Shown here one piece after another: positions 27,657 through 37,658 of a stretch of 64,000 bases of DNA. The stretch lies in the NCBI GenBank assembly GCA_016214745.1, contig JACRNW010000001.1, forward strand, positions 1,038 to 65,037, written 5' to 3'. A program made the position numbers and the translations under genes. The stretch comes from Candidatus Falkowbacteria bacterium. Its GTDB lineage: Bacteria; Patescibacteriota; Patescibacteriia; XYB2-FULL-38-15. Below the pieces are notes generated by a model. That model ran no database searches. It saw only the letters and a list, made by a program, of their open reading frames with translations, and was not told the origin of the DNA. How positions within the stretch are numbered: position 1 is the stretch's first letter; each line of letters begins with the position of its first letter.

Positions 27657-28799
27657 TTAAATATTTTTATAAACTTTTTCCGTTTCGAAAACTATCATCT
27701 CCCAATTAAAATTTTCTTTGATAAATTTTTTACCTCGCTCTCCCCGCCCCGCCACAATCTCGGGAACAGCCATCAGATAAACTAATTTATCATAGAGATC
27801 ATTAATATTTTTTGTTTCAAAAGAAAATCCGGAATGGTCAATTGTTTCCATATTCTCCGGAATATTACTGATTAAGACGCATGTTCCATAAGACATCGCT
27901 TCTAAAATTGTAATGGAAAGCCCTTCGGCCTCGGAAGGGTGGACATAAAGATAAGCGTTCGCAAAAAGTTGTTTCAGCGGCTCGCCCACCTGAAATCCGG
28001 TAAAAATAATGTTTGGACTTTGTTCGGCGAGTTTATTCAAATAAGCATAGTAATCATCGGTAAAACTTGGCGCGCCGACAATTACTAATTTTTTAATCTT
28101 GCCGCCCGGCCAATTTTTCGGATCTTCACCAAAAGTATTTTCCATTTTCCGATAGGCCTGGATTAAATAGTGGATTCCTTTGTGTTTTATCAACCTTGCT
28201 ACCGTCAAAATATATGAATCTTTTTTCAGACCTAATTTTTCTATTTGGTCCGTCCCGCCGACTTTTTCCACGGCAACTCCGTTTGGAATATAGACAACTT
28301 CTTTTTTAAATTTTTCTCTACAATATTTTTGGATGGATTGGGAAACGGCAATGGTCTTATGCGCGAAATGAACCGCGGTCCATTCGCCCCAGCCAAGATA
28401 AATTCTCGCGAAGCGTCCCCATTTTTTATGAAATCGATCAATGCTATGAAAAGTAACAACAACTTTTGCTCTGGGTTTAAAAATTCTCGGAATCCAGGCC
28501 AGAGTAGACGGACCAATACCGTGGTAATGGATAACATCAACTTTTTTGAAAAGAACATTAATCGTTGCTAAAAAAGTATGAGTAATCGTGTCCAGATTTT
28601 TTGTGGCAATTGAGGGCAGGGAAATCAACCGAACGCCTTTATAATTTTTTTGACCGTTTATAATAAAACGGGGCCGGACGTAAGCTGAAACTTCGTGGCC
28701 GTTCGCGGCAAGCCGAACCGACAATTCCTCTACGTGCCGTTCTACTCCCCCGTCCCGAATAAACGGAATGCCCTTTTGGCCGAGCATGGCTATTCTCAT
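27657..28799 (-). CDS. Glycosyltransferase family 4
   Basis: GGVERHVEEL, VARLIKHKG, PSEAEGLSITILEAMSYG. Confidence 0.92.
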   Translation of the reverse strand: MRIAMLGQKGIPFIRDGGVERHVEELSVRLAANGHEVSAYVRPRFIINGQKNYKGVRLISLPSIATKNLDTITHTFLATINVLFKKVDVIHYHGIGPSTLAWIPRIFKPRAKVVVTFHSIDRFHKKWGRFARIYLGWGEWTAVHFAHKTIAVSQSIQKYCREKFKKEVVYIPNGVAVEKVGGTDQIEKLGLKKDSYILTVARLIKHKGIHYLIQAYRKMENTFGEDPKNWPGGKIKKLVIVGAPSFTDDYYAYLNKLAEQSPNIIFTGFQVGEPLKQLFANAYLYVHPSEAEGLSITILEAMSYGTCVLISNIPENMETIDHSGFSFETKNINDLYDKLVYLMAVPEIVAGRGERGKKFIKENFNWEMIVFETEKVYKNI

Positions 28800-28806
28800 A
28801 AAACTC

Positions 28807-28835
28807 TTGCCAAAAATAAAATGCCTTGGTATTAT
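28807..28835 (+). promoter_or_regulatory. Putative sigma70 promoter for tRNA-Lys
   Basis: TTGCCA-17 bp-TATTAT with extended -10 TG. Confidence 0.55.
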
Positions 28836-28900
28836 TATATCAAATTAAGACTAAAACGGCTATCAACGACTTCCTCGTTCTTTTTTTAAAATTTCATTAT

Positions 28901-28973
28901 GACCCGGTAGCTCAGCTGGTAGAGCATCTGCCTTTTAAGCAGAGTGTCCTGGGTTCGAGCCCCAGCCGGGTCA
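28901..28973 (+). tRNA. tRNA-Lys(TTT)
   Basis: GACCCGG TA GCTC AGCTGGTA GAGC A TCTGC CT TTT AA GCAGA GTGTC CTGGG TTCGAGC CCCAG CCGGGTC A. Confidence 0.96.
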
Positions 28974-28993
28974 TTTTTTATTTGCTAATTTTT

Positions 28994-29130
28994 GGCTGGG
29001 CTCGAACGGGAAGGGGTCGGGAAACGGGAGTTTCCCGATTTGCGGAAATATTAAAACCGCAGGGTTTTAAAGCGCAGTCCCGCCATGGCGGGACGAGCAG
29101 TGAGCGCCCCAGCCGGGTCATTTTTTATTT
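28994..29130 (+). repeat. tRNA-associated structured element, copy 2 (after tRNA-Lys)
   Basis: ggctgggctcgaac + same core as copy 1 + 25-bp direct copy (29106-29130) of 28959-28983. Confidence 0.8.
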
Positions 29131-29176
29131 CCCCATAATTTAAAAAACCTTCAAAGCAAAGGTTTTTTCTTTTATC

Positions 29177-29205
29177 TTGACAAAATCGATGATTTAACCT
29201 AAGAT
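29177..29205 (+). promoter_or_regulatory. Putative sigma70 promoter for the GGDEF gene
   Basis: TTGACA-17 bp-TAAGAT. Confidence 0.6.
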
Positions 29206-29257
29206 TTGAGGTCGCATGGATAGTACTTTCCCAAGACCACAAGAAGGAGGTGGGGCT

Positions 29258-29938
29258 ATGGGTTGTGAAAATGATTTTGACCAGCTACGTGATCTTACCG
29301 CGCGGCAACTGTGGATGGCACTCGCGGCGGCCTACCAGGCGCTCGCGGCGGACGAAGCCCAGATCAGGGGGTTCGGTGCCGTAGTCGTAGAGGCCGATGC
29401 TCGAATCGAGGAACTCGAGAGCGAGGTCAAGCGTCTGCGACGGCTCTTGGGCATTGACTTCTTGACCGGAGTCCCAAATCACTACCACATCATGGGGCTT
29501 CTGGAAAGAGAAATCGATCGCTCTAGGCGTTCCGGCTCCACTTTCAGCCTACTCTTCCTGGACATCGACCGCTTCAAGAACGTGAACAGCAACTACGGAC
29601 ACGAGGTCGGCAGTGCTGTCCTCCACGAACTGGCCAAACGGCTCGAGGCAGCTCTGCGACTCTCCGACGCCTTGGGACGATACGGCGGAGAGGAATTCAT
29701 CTTCATCCTTCCCAATGCGCCGCGAAAGGGAGCGGAAATCGCCGCCGAACGACTTCGGAAACTCGTCGCCGCCGAACCCTTCAAGATCGGCGACAAGTCC
29801 GTGGCCGTGACAGTGAGTATCGGCGTTGCCGAGTTCCGACGGACGGATACGGCGTCAAGCCTGATCGAAGCGGCGGATATGGCCATGCTCCAAGCCAAGG
29901 ACTTGGGCCGTAACCGCGTCGTCTCGGCTGAGCGATAG
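29258..29938 (+). CDS. Diguanylate cyclase (coiled coil + GGDEF), high-GC
   Basis: DFLTGVPN, DIDRFKNVN, RLSD I-site, RYGGEEF, VTVSIG, GRNRV; AAGGAGG SD before ATG 29258. Confidence 0.92.
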   Translation: MGCENDFDQLRDLTARQLWMALAAAYQALAADEAQIRGFGAVVVEADARIEELESEVKRLRRLLGIDFLTGVPNHYHIMGLLEREIDRSRRSGSTFSLLFLDIDRFKNVNSNYGHEVGSAVLHELAKRLEAALRLSDALGRYGGEEFIFILPNAPRKGAEIAAERLRKLVAAEPFKIGDKSVAVTVSIGVAEFRRTDTASSLIEAADMAMLQAKDLGRNRVVSAER

Positions 29939-30014
29939 AGAAGGATCTCAAGGACAGAAAATCCCGCAACAAGGAGGTGCGGGACCGATTCTGTCCTTTT
30001 CTTTTTTTAATTTT

Positions 30015-31097
30015 CTATCTTTTTATCACTTTTAAAATCTCTTCTGTTATCTTTTCCGCCGCGCCGGAGGGCATAACTTCTTTAATATTTCTGCTCAAAC
30101 TTTCCAATTCTACTTCATTATTTAATAACTCTCCGACCGCTCCGACAAAATTTTCCGGCGTCAAATTATTTTCATCCCAAAAAACGACGGCGTTTTGTTT
30201 TTTAAAATAATAAACGTTTTCTTCTTGGTGACTCCCGGAAATCGGGATCACGGCCGTCGGTTTTCCGAGCATGGCAAGTTCAGTCAAGGTCGCCATGCCG
30301 GCGCGGGAAATCACAAGATCAGCCGCGGCAAAAACATCCGGCAAATCTTTCGTTAAAAAATCAACCGTGTGATAGCGCGCGGTTTCTCTTTTTATATTTT
30401 CAATTTTCATCCGCAACGACTCATCAATTCTTCCTCCGGTCATATGAATAACCTGACAAAATTTTACGAGTTCAAGCGCCGATGCGACAACAATCTTATT
30501 CAACTCCAGCGCTCCCGTCCCGCCGCCCAAAATGAAAAGTATCGGCAGATCTTTTTCCAGATTAAAAATTTCCGCGATTCTCTCTTTGCTTCCGGAAAAT
30601 ATTTCTTGCCGCACGGGATTTCCCGTCACGACGGCGCGAGAAAAATATTTTAGAGAATCGGAAAATGTCACTGTGATAATTTTTGCAAAACGCGCGGTTA
30701 ATTTATTCGCCAATCCCGGCCGGATATCTTGCTGATGAATTAAACTCGGCACGCGCAAAAACCATCCCGCCCAGACGACCGGCACGGCGACAAATCCGCC
30801 GGCCGACAAAATCATCTGCGGTTTAAATTTAAAAATCAGCCAAAGAGATTTAAAAAATCCCGCGAGAAGTAAAAAGGGCATCAAAAAATTCCATCCGGAA
30901 AAATACCGGCGCAATTTTCCCGCTGGCACAGCCGCGAATTTAATATTGCGCGATTCAATTATTTTTTTCTCCGGCCCGTTTTTTGTTCCGAACCAAAAAA
31001 ATTCCGCGTCGGGTACGCGCTTTTTTAATTCTTCCGCCACGGCCAGTAGCGGCGTCACCGATCCCATTGTTCCCCCGCCGGTCAAGATTATTTTCAT
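30015..31097 (-). CDS. murG: Lipid II GlcNAc transferase MurG
   Basis: TGGGTMG, GGFVAVP, PGLANK, TGNPVR, SRAG, HQEEN. Confidence 0.95.
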   Translation of the reverse strand: MKIILTGGGTMGSVTPLLAVAEELKKRVPDAEFFWFGTKNGPEKKIIESRNIKFAAVPAGKLRRYFSGWNFLMPFLLLAGFFKSLWLIFKFKPQMILSAGGFVAVPVVWAGWFLRVPSLIHQQDIRPGLANKLTARFAKIITVTFSDSLKYFSRAVVTGNPVRQEIFSGSKERIAEIFNLEKDLPILFILGGGTGALELNKIVVASALELVKFCQVIHMTGGRIDESLRMKIENIKRETARYHTVDFLTKDLPDVFAAADLVISRAGMATLTELAMLGKPTAVIPISGSHQEENVYYFKKQNAVVFWDENNLTPENFVGAVGELLNNEVELESLSRNIKEVMPSGAAEKITEEILKVIKR

Positions 31098-31122
31098 ATC
31101 AATAAATAAACTATAAGTAAAA

Positions 31123-31144
31123 GGAGTTCACCCTTTAGGGTGTA
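31123..31144 (+). repeat. REP-like palindrome left of RAYT
   Basis: GGAGTTCA CCC TTTA GGG TGTA. Confidence 0.65.
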
Positions 31145-31148
31145 AGTT

Positions 31149-31682
31149 CTAATCGCCCTCAACTGTAAAATCCACAATCGGATGTAACTCAAAAACCGAT
31201 TCTATCCACCCCAATCCTCTTTTTCCAATCCACTGCCCAGCGCTTGAAAATGGGTATTGAAAAGCCTCTGTTTGAGTTTTGCACAAACCGTGCTTTACTG
31301 GTTGATGATGAATATAATTAAAGTGCTTCCAAAAATCAACTTCATCGCGAATGCAATGATCCCAATAATTAAACCAAATTTTTCGTTTTTGTACGCGATC
31401 AATTTTATTTAATTGGAAAGCGCTTTTACCATTAATTGTTTGAATAAAGTCGGGTAAATCTTTTCCTCTGGCCATTTTAAAAAGCAGATGATAATGATTG
31501 GAAAGAATGCTCCAAGTATAAAAATTACTCTGAAATTTTCTCCCCGCCTCCCCAATTGTTTTATACAAAATTAATTTTTTATTTTGGCTGGAAAAAAATA
31601 GTTCCTGATTTACCGTTCTCGCCGTAATAAAATAAATTTGCTGGTCAACATACAAATGGGGCGGATAATGTGGTTTGAACAT
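31149..31682 (-). mobile_element. REP-associated tyrosine (HUH/Y1) transposase, RAYT
   Basis: YFITART, ILSNHYHLL (HUH), W..YWDHCIRD, NYIHHQPVKHGL, YPFSS. Confidence 0.88.
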
Positions 31683-31692
31683 TAAAATATTC

Positions 31693-31714
31693 TACAGGCT
31701 AAAGCCTGAACTCC
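31693..31714 (-). repeat. REP-like palindrome right of RAYT, inverted
   Basis: Minus strand: GGAGTTCA GGC TTTA GCC TGTA. Confidence 0.65.
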
Positions 31715-31729
31715 AAAAAAAATATAAAG

Positions 31730-32833
31730 CTACTCCTTGGAATATTTTGAAATATTTGCCATGATTCCCGCGGCGGCAAGACAAACGGTCAGTGCCGTTC
31801 CGCCGTAACTTACAAAAGGCAAAGGAATTCCGGTCAACGGCAAAATACCCGCCATGGCTCCAATATTTATAAATGATTGCAAAACAAACCAACTCGTAAT
31901 CCCAATCGCGAGCAGCCGACCAAAACCGTCCGGAGCATTTTTGGCGATTTTAAATCCGCGGATAGCCAGAAAAACTAATGCCGCGACAAACAAAATCATA
32001 AAAAGAAAACCCAATTCCTCGGCCATGACGGCAAAAATTGAATCGCCGGCGACTTCGGGCAGATATTGAAATTTTTGCCGTGAAAGACCCAGACCCAATC
32101 CAAAAAATCCACCCGAGCCGATAGCGAGCAGTGCCTGATTGATATGATAACCAACTCCTTGCGGATCAAGTTCCGGATGCAAAAAGGTCATCAATCGCGC
32201 TGTCCGGTAAGGAGCAAATCTAACCAAAAGAAAAAATAACAGTGCTCCCGCTCCGGAAATCCAGGCAAGATGCGAGAGCGGCGCGCCGGCCGCAAAATAA
32301 ACAATCAAAGAAATCATCGCGATTACGGAAAGAGTGCCGATGTCCGGCTGCAAAACCATCAAAACGACAATAATCCCGAAAACCGCCGCAAAAGGAATAA
32401 AACTCGTCCCGGCCTCCTGCATATCTCGCCCGCCGCGTTTTGGCCCAAGCCACGCGGCAAGATAAATTAAAAAAGTCAGTTTAACGATTTCCGCCGGTTG
32501 AAGCGACATGCCAAAAATATTTATCCAACTTTTAGAAGTTCCGTAATCGGCGGCCAAGCCGGGAATAAAAACTAAAAGTAAAAGCCCGATTGAAACAACT
32601 AAAAAAGGCAAGGCGTATCTTTTCCATTTTCGGTAATCAAGCCGTAGCATCAAAAGAAAGGCGATAACTCCGGGCGCCAGGCCAAACATAAGCTGGTGTT
32701 TCAAATACCAATAATTATCGCCAAATCTTTCGTAAGCCGCCGCCGAGCTCGCCGAAGAGAGCATTACTAAACCAAAAACGGCAAGTGCCGCCACAAGACC
32801 AATGAAAACGTAATCCGGTTTTTTCATGGACAC
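31730..32833 (-). CDS. ftsW: SEDS protein FtsW
   Basis: GLVMLSSAS, QPAEIVK, QPDIGT, GYHINQALLAIGSGG, LPFVSYGG; lies between mraY and murG. Confidence 0.93.
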   Translation of the reverse strand: MSMKKPDYVFIGLVAALAVFGLVMLSSASSAAAYERFGDNYWYLKHQLMFGLAPGVIAFLLMLRLDYRKWKRYALPFLVVSIGLLLLVFIPGLAADYGTSKSWINIFGMSLQPAEIVKLTFLIYLAAWLGPKRGGRDMQEAGTSFIPFAAVFGIIVVLMVLQPDIGTLSVIAMISLIVYFAAGAPLSHLAWISGAGALLFFLLVRFAPYRTARLMTFLHPELDPQGVGYHINQALLAIGSGGFFGLGLGLSRQKFQYLPEVAGDSIFAVMAEELGFLFMILFVAALVFLAIRGFKIAKNAPDGFGRLLAIGITSWFVLQSFINIGAMAGILPLTGIPLPFVSYGGTALTVCLAAAGIMANISKYSKE

Positions 32834-32842
32834 TTTTTAAAT

Positions 32843-33898
32843 TTAAAATCCTTTATCTATAAGCGAGATTACAAAACCCACTACCGCCGCCACTCCGGCG
32901 ATTACCCAAAAACGCATCACGATCTTTGGTTCAGGCCAACCCTTTGCTTCAAGATGATGATGAATCGGCGTTGAAAGAAAAACTTTTTTCCCGCGAATTT
33001 TTTTGGAGATAATTTGGATAATCACGGAAATTGATTCCACCGCGAACAAAAATCCGATGATTGGCAAAAGCAAAACGGAATTGGTAAGCATGGCCACAAT
33101 GCCGAGCGTTACGCCAAGCGACATTGCTCCCGTGTCGCCCATAAAAAATCTTGCCGGATTAATGTTAAACCAAAGAAAAGCTAAAAGAGCCCCGTCAATC
33201 GCGCCGCAAAAAGCGGCCAAATCAAATTTGCCTTGCGAAAAAGCAATCGCGCCATATGCGGCAAAAGCGGCCAAGAGCAATCCGCCGGCCAAACCATCCA
33301 GCCCGTCGCTTTCATTCACGGAAAAAGACGTCGCCACAATTATAAAAATAAAGAGCGGGAAGTACCACCAGCCGATGGAAAAATTTCCGAGAAACGGCAC
33401 ATGGATGAAGTTCCAATCAAGTTTAAAATAAAACCACCAGGCGCCGACAATAGCTATAAACGTATAAATCAAAAGTCTGTGGCGCATTCTAAATCCCCCG
33501 CCGTTCGGCCCGATTTTCCGCGCGTTCAGATAATCGTCAACCAAACCGACAATTGCCGAAGCAACTAAGGCGCCAAGCGGCAGAAGCGTCTGCGAACGCG
33601 TTAAAAAATTTAGATTTTTTAAAATTTCCCAATTGGTCCACTGGCCTAAATAAAAAAATAATAAAGCCAAAAATAAAACTGTAACCCAAATTAAAACTCC
33701 GCCCATAGTCGGCGTGCCGGATTTTGCCTTGTGGAGCGCCGACATTATCGGCGCAGATTTTTCATCCCTGATTTGTTTGCCCAACTTATACTTAAACAAA
33801 AAGTGTGTCAGGGCCGGAGTCCAGGCCATGGCAATAATAAATGAAAGGGTTGTCAGAATAAAAATTTTAATGATTGCAAAACTATCCATGAGATTCAT
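32843..33898 (-). CDS. mraY: Phospho-MurNAc-pentapeptide transferase MraY
   Basis: KSGTPTMGG, GLVDD, NESDGLDGL, FMGDTG, PIHHHLE. Confidence 0.96.
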   Translation of the reverse strand: MNLMDSFAIIKIFILTTLSFIIAMAWTPALTHFLFKYKLGKQIRDEKSAPIMSALHKAKSGTPTMGGVLIWVTVLFLALLFFYLGQWTNWEILKNLNFLTRSQTLLPLGALVASAIVGLVDDYLNARKIGPNGGGFRMRHRLLIYTFIAIVGAWWFYFKLDWNFIHVPFLGNFSIGWWYFPLFIFIIVATSFSVNESDGLDGLAGGLLLAAFAAYGAIAFSQGKFDLAAFCGAIDGALLAFLWFNINPARFFMGDTGAMSLGVTLGIVAMLTNSVLLLPIIGFLFAVESISVIIQIISKKIRGKKVFLSTPIHHHLEAKGWPEPKIVMRFWVIAGVAAVVGFVISLIDKGF

Positions 33899-34287
33899 TG
33901 GTTAATCATAATAACCGCGTAAGCGGCAAGAGATAATAAAACCTGAATAAAGGCGGAGACGCCGGCCAAAAAATAACTTGTCACTTTGTCGCGCAGATAA
34001 ATTATGTCCGCCAAAATAAGATTGATGATAATAAAAAAAATTCCCACTAAAGGCATAATAAATATTTCATACCATCTGCCGATAAAATCAACTCCAAAAT
34101 AAATATTGTAATGCAGGGGCAAAACTTCTCCAATCGACCGGAACTCAGAAAATTTAAGATAAAGAATAGCCCAAAGAAATAAATTTAACGCCAAAGAAGT
34201 AATTAACAAAATTCTGAAAAAACCGTCCTTAAAAACTAAGACGGTGAAAATTTTAAAAAATTTTTTAATGGCGGAGAAAAAAAACAT
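33895..34287 (-). CDS. Hypothetical 3-TM membrane protein
   Basis: PLHYNIYFGVD motif; translationally coupled to mraY. Confidence 0.75.
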   Translation of the reverse strand: MFFFSAIKKFFKIFTVLVFKDGFFRILLITSLALNLFLWAILYLKFSEFRSIGEVLPLHYNIYFGVDFIGRWYEIFIMPLVGIFFIIINLILADIIYLRDKVTSYFLAGVSAFIQVLLSLAAYAVIMINQ

Positions 34288-34289
34288 AA

Positions 34290-35489
34290 TTACTTTTTGA
34301 TGGGCGACATCTTTCTGAGCCGCGCCACAATTCCGGGTAAAACTTTTAAAAGACGCTCCACGTCTTCTCGGGAATTATCTTTACCAAAAGTGACGCGCAC
34401 GCTGCCATGAGTCACTTCTGGGGAAACGCCCATGGCCGTTAAAACATGGGACGGCTCCAGCGATCCGGAAGAACAAGCCGAGCCGGTGGAAACCGCGATG
34501 CCTTCCATATCAAGCATTAATAAAATACTTTCACCTTCAACATTTTTAAAACAAAAATTAGCGTTTCCGGGTACGCGCTGTTTTAAATCGCCATTTAAAA
34601 TAGCGCTTGGAATTTTTTTAAGAATTTCCCCGACCAACTTGTCGCGTAATTTTTTAATATTCGCGTTTATTTTTTTTATTTCATTTTTATCAGTCAACAT
34701 TTCCACCGCCCTGCCCATTCCAACTATACCGGCAACGTTTTCCGTTCCCGAACGGATTCCCCGCTCTTGATGTCCGCCAAAAATAATTGGTAAAAGCGGC
34801 GTACCAGATTTTATAAAAAGAACTCCTGTTCCTTTTGGTCCGTAAATTTTATGAGCCGAAAGAGAAAGCATATCAACTCCGAGCCAATCTACCCGGCAGT
34901 CGCAAAAATTCGCCGCCTGAACCGCGTCGGTATGGAAATAAATTTTGTCTTCCTTACCGCGACCGGCATTTACTTCTTTGATAATCTGGCTAATCTCTTG
35001 TATCGGCTGAATAGTACCGACCTCATTGTTAACATACATTATGGAAATCAAAATTGTTTCCGGCCGAATTGCTTTTTTCACGTCCTCTAATCTGACAAGT
35101 CCGGCACGGCTTACCGGCAAATAAGTAACTTCAACTTCTTCTTTTTTTAATTCCCGGCAAACTTCAAGAACTGCCGGGTGTTCAATCGCCGAAGTAATAA
35201 CGTGAACTTTTCTTTTTAGATCAAGCGCTCTCGCCCGGCGAACTAAACCAAAAAGAGCCAAGTTGTTGCTTTCTGTCGCGCCGGAAGTAAAAATGACTTC
35301 TTTTGATTCGCATTCTAAAAATTTTGCCACTTGCTCCCGCGCTTTTTCAACCCCAGCCCGCGCTTTCTGTCCAAAACTGTGGAGCGATGAGGCATTACCA
35401 AAATCAGCCGTAAAGTACGGCTTCATCGCCCGCAAAACTTTGGGATCAACCGGGGTAGTAGCTGAATGATCTAAATAAATGCGCTTCAT
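34290..35489 (-). CDS. iscS: Cysteine desulfurase (IscS/NifS)
   Basis: YLDHSATTP, FTSGATESNN, HTDAVQ, SAHKIYGPKG, STGSACSS. Confidence 0.95.
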   Translation of the reverse strand: MKRIYLDHSATTPVDPKVLRAMKPYFTADFGNASSLHSFGQKARAGVEKAREQVAKFLECESKEVIFTSGATESNNLALFGLVRRARALDLKRKVHVITSAIEHPAVLEVCRELKKEEVEVTYLPVSRAGLVRLEDVKKAIRPETILISIMYVNNEVGTIQPIQEISQIIKEVNAGRGKEDKIYFHTDAVQAANFCDCRVDWLGVDMLSLSAHKIYGPKGTGVLFIKSGTPLLPIIFGGHQERGIRSGTENVAGIVGMGRAVEMLTDKNEIKKINANIKKLRDKLVGEILKKIPSAILNGDLKQRVPGNANFCFKNVEGESILLMLDMEGIAVSTGSACSSGSLEPSHVLTAMGVSPEVTHGSVRVTFGKDNSREDVERLLKVLPGIVARLRKMSPIKK

Positions 35490-35557
35490 GATTATTTTGT
35501 ATTTTATATCTAGTATTTAAATTTCAAAATACTTTATACTTGATACTTTATACTTTT

Positions 35558-35782
35558 TTACACCGCCTGCACTTCTTTCACGCCTTTAACTTTTGCTTTC
35601 AGAGCTCTCTCAATTCCCTGCTCCAGGGTCATCGCGGCCATGGGGCAATGATGGCAGGCGCCGACGAGTTTAACTTTTACCACGCCGGTTTTTTCATCAA
35701 CATCAACCAATTCCACATCGCCGCCGTCAGCCTGAAGCGCTGGACGTAATTCGTCTAAGATTTTTTTAACACTATCTTCCAT
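35558..35782 (-). CDS. NifU C-terminal (Nfu) Fe-S carrier
   Basis: LRPALQADGGDVELV...GACHHCPMA. Confidence 0.9.
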   Translation of the reverse strand: MEDSVKKILDELRPALQADGGDVELVDVDEKTGVVKVKLVGACHHCPMAAMTLEQGIERALKAKVKGVKEVQAV

Positions 35783-35793
35783 AAAATTATAAT

Positions 35794-36189
35794 TTACTTT
35801 TTTAATTTTTTAATCGCGTCATGCAATGCCTCAACCGCGAGCACCGAACAGTGAAGTTTAATCGGCGGCAGACCGCCGAGCGATTCGGCGATATTGGCTT
35901 TTGTAACTTTCGCCGCGACTTCCAGAGGCTGGCCTTTTACCAAATCCGTAATCATAGAAGAAGTAGCAATGGCCGCGGCGCAACCCAAAGTTTCAAATTT
36001 TATATCTTTAATATAATCAACCTCTTTTCCGCCGACTTTTTTCTTATCAATCTTTAAATATAATTTCATCATGTCGCCGCAAAGAGGATTTCCCGATTCG
36101 CCAACCACAGTCGGATTTTTAATCACGCCTTGATTGTGCGGACTCTTAAAATGTTTGATGACTTCCTTTGAATATATAACTTGAGACAT
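35794..36189 (-). CDS. iscU: Fe-S scaffold IscU/NifU-N
   Basis: GNPLCGD, FETLGCAAAIA, LPPIKLHCS. Confidence 0.92.
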   Translation of the reverse strand: MSQVIYSKEVIKHFKSPHNQGVIKNPTVVGESGNPLCGDMMKLYLKIDKKKVGGKEVDYIKDIKFETLGCAAAIATSSMITDLVKGQPLEVAAKVTKANIAESLGGLPPIKLHCSVLAVEALHDAIKKLKK

Positions 36190-36199
36190 AAAAAATAAA

Positions 36200-36577
36200 T
36201 TAAGCTGCTATTCTCTTTTTTTGATTTAAAAAATCGTCTAAACGCCGATAGTAATCTTTTATTTCTTCCTTCCCGCTCCCGTCTTCTCTTTCCAAAATTT
36301 TTCTATTTTGCTCCAACGCTTCCTTAATATCACCAACAATCTCCATATCATTGGGAGCGAGTGCTTTGTCCAATTTCTCAAACAATTTATCAATCTTCAC
36401 AACCGCCACCATTCTTCTTTTTCCCTCAACAACCATTTCTTTTGACATTTCTTCTTCACCATCTTTTAAAGACTCATTGTATGCCCTTTTTTCTTCTAAT
36501 ATTTTTTCTAACGTTTCTTCTGGTAGTTCTTCCTCCTCGTCTATCTCCGGGAAAGAAGAAATTTCTGATTTTTTCAT
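36200..36577 (-). CDS. Acidic hypothetical protein (paralog of 36587-36841)
   Basis: IDKLFEKLDK...EIVGDIKEAL...IKDYYRRLD...AA. Confidence 0.7.
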   Translation of the reverse strand: MKKSEISSFPEIDEEEELPEETLEKILEEKRAYNESLKDGEEEMSKEMVVEGKRRMVAVVKIDKLFEKLDKALAPNDMEIVGDIKEALEQNRKILEREDGSGKEEIKDYYRRLDDFLNQKKRIAA

Positions 36578-36586
36578 AAATAAATT

Positions 36587-36841
36587 TTAAGCCGCTTTTT
36601 TAATGGCGCTCTCAAGTCTTTTATAATAAGTGTCTATCGTCTCTTGCGCTTCCTTGCCAAAAAGTTTATGGTATCTTTTTAACGCCTCCCTTGCTTCGCT
36701 GGCTATTTCTCCTTGCTGTTCCTCGGGCAAATTGCCTTTCTCCAGTTCTCCCAACAATCGGTCAAGTGTTGCCATTATTTCCACCTCAGCCGTAGCTTCC
36801 GGAGACATCGGCTCCCTATCGTCATATTGTGGTTTTCCCAT
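36587..36841 (-). CDS. Hypothetical protein (paralog of 36200-36577)
   Basis: LDRLLGELEK...EIASEAREAL...IDTYYKRLE...AA. Confidence 0.7.
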   Translation of the reverse strand: MGKPQYDDREPMSPEATAEVEIMATLDRLLGELEKGNLPEEQQGEIASEAREALKRYHKLFGKEAQETIDTYYKRLESAIKKAA

Positions 36842-36979
36842 ATAAAATAAACTAAAGATTTAATCCTCCATTTTTCAATTATATCTTATTCTCACTTAAA
36901 ATTCAAGGGGTGTCATTTGACATTTTAGGAACAATCATCTAAAATGGGAATATAAAAAAATAATCTTAAATTAAACAAT

Positions 36980-37297
36980 ATGGGACCAGAAAGAAGAGAG
37001 GCGCCACCACAAGAATACGGCGTGGAACAATTTAAGGGTGACTTGCAAAGAGAACTTGAGCAAGAATTACGAGATTGGGAACTCGATCTCCAATCGCGAG
37101 ATCAAGGAGATACCGATGCCTTAGAAATAGCGCTAAAGCACGTACGATTTAAAAGGGGCAAAAAGGATGAAGAAGGGGTAAGTGAAGAAATCGAAAATAG
37201 CGCCCAGGGATTTATAACAAGAGAATTGGAAAGAGAAGATATCCGCAGAAGGATGGAAGCGATTAGACGCGTCCTTGCCAAACTTTCCGGAAAATAA
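36980..37297 (+). CDS. Charged helical hypothetical protein
   Basis: 105-aa ORF downstream of a TTGACA-type promoter, upstream of rpmA. Confidence 0.7.
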   Translation: MGPERREAPPQEYGVEQFKGDLQRELEQELRDWELDLQSRDQGDTDALEIALKHVRFKRGKKDEEGVSEEIENSAQGFITRELEREDIRRRMEAIRRVLAKLSGK

Positions 37298-37352
37298 ATT
37301 ATATCCAGTAACTTTCAACTTTACAAACTTTATAACTTTATAAACTAAAAAT

Positions 37353-37637
37353 ATGGCTCATAAAAAAGCAGGCGGTTCTACTAGTTTAGGCCGCGATTCA
37401 CAAGCTCAACGCTTAGGCGTAAAAATGACCGAAGGCCAAATGGCTTTTCCTGGCCGGATTTTGGTTCGCCAACGCGGAACAAAAATCCATCCCGGTAAAA
37501 ACGTCCGCCGAGGAAGCGATGATACTTTATACGCCGTCGCCGAAGGAATGGTAAAGTTCACCACGAGAAAAAAGACTAAATTTGACGGACATTTACGCAT
37601 GACAAAAATTGTAAACGTCATGCCTAAAGAAGCATAA
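37353..37637 (+). CDS. rpmA: 50S ribosomal protein L27
   Basis: [33 protein letters not shown]. Confidence 0.98.
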   Translation: MAHKKAGGSTSLGRDSQAQRLGVKMTEGQMAFPGRILVRQRGTKIHPGKNVRRGSDDTLYAVAEGMVKFTTRKKTKFDGHLRMTKIVNVMPKEA

Positions 37638-37658
37638 ACCAAGACAAAATATTTAACT

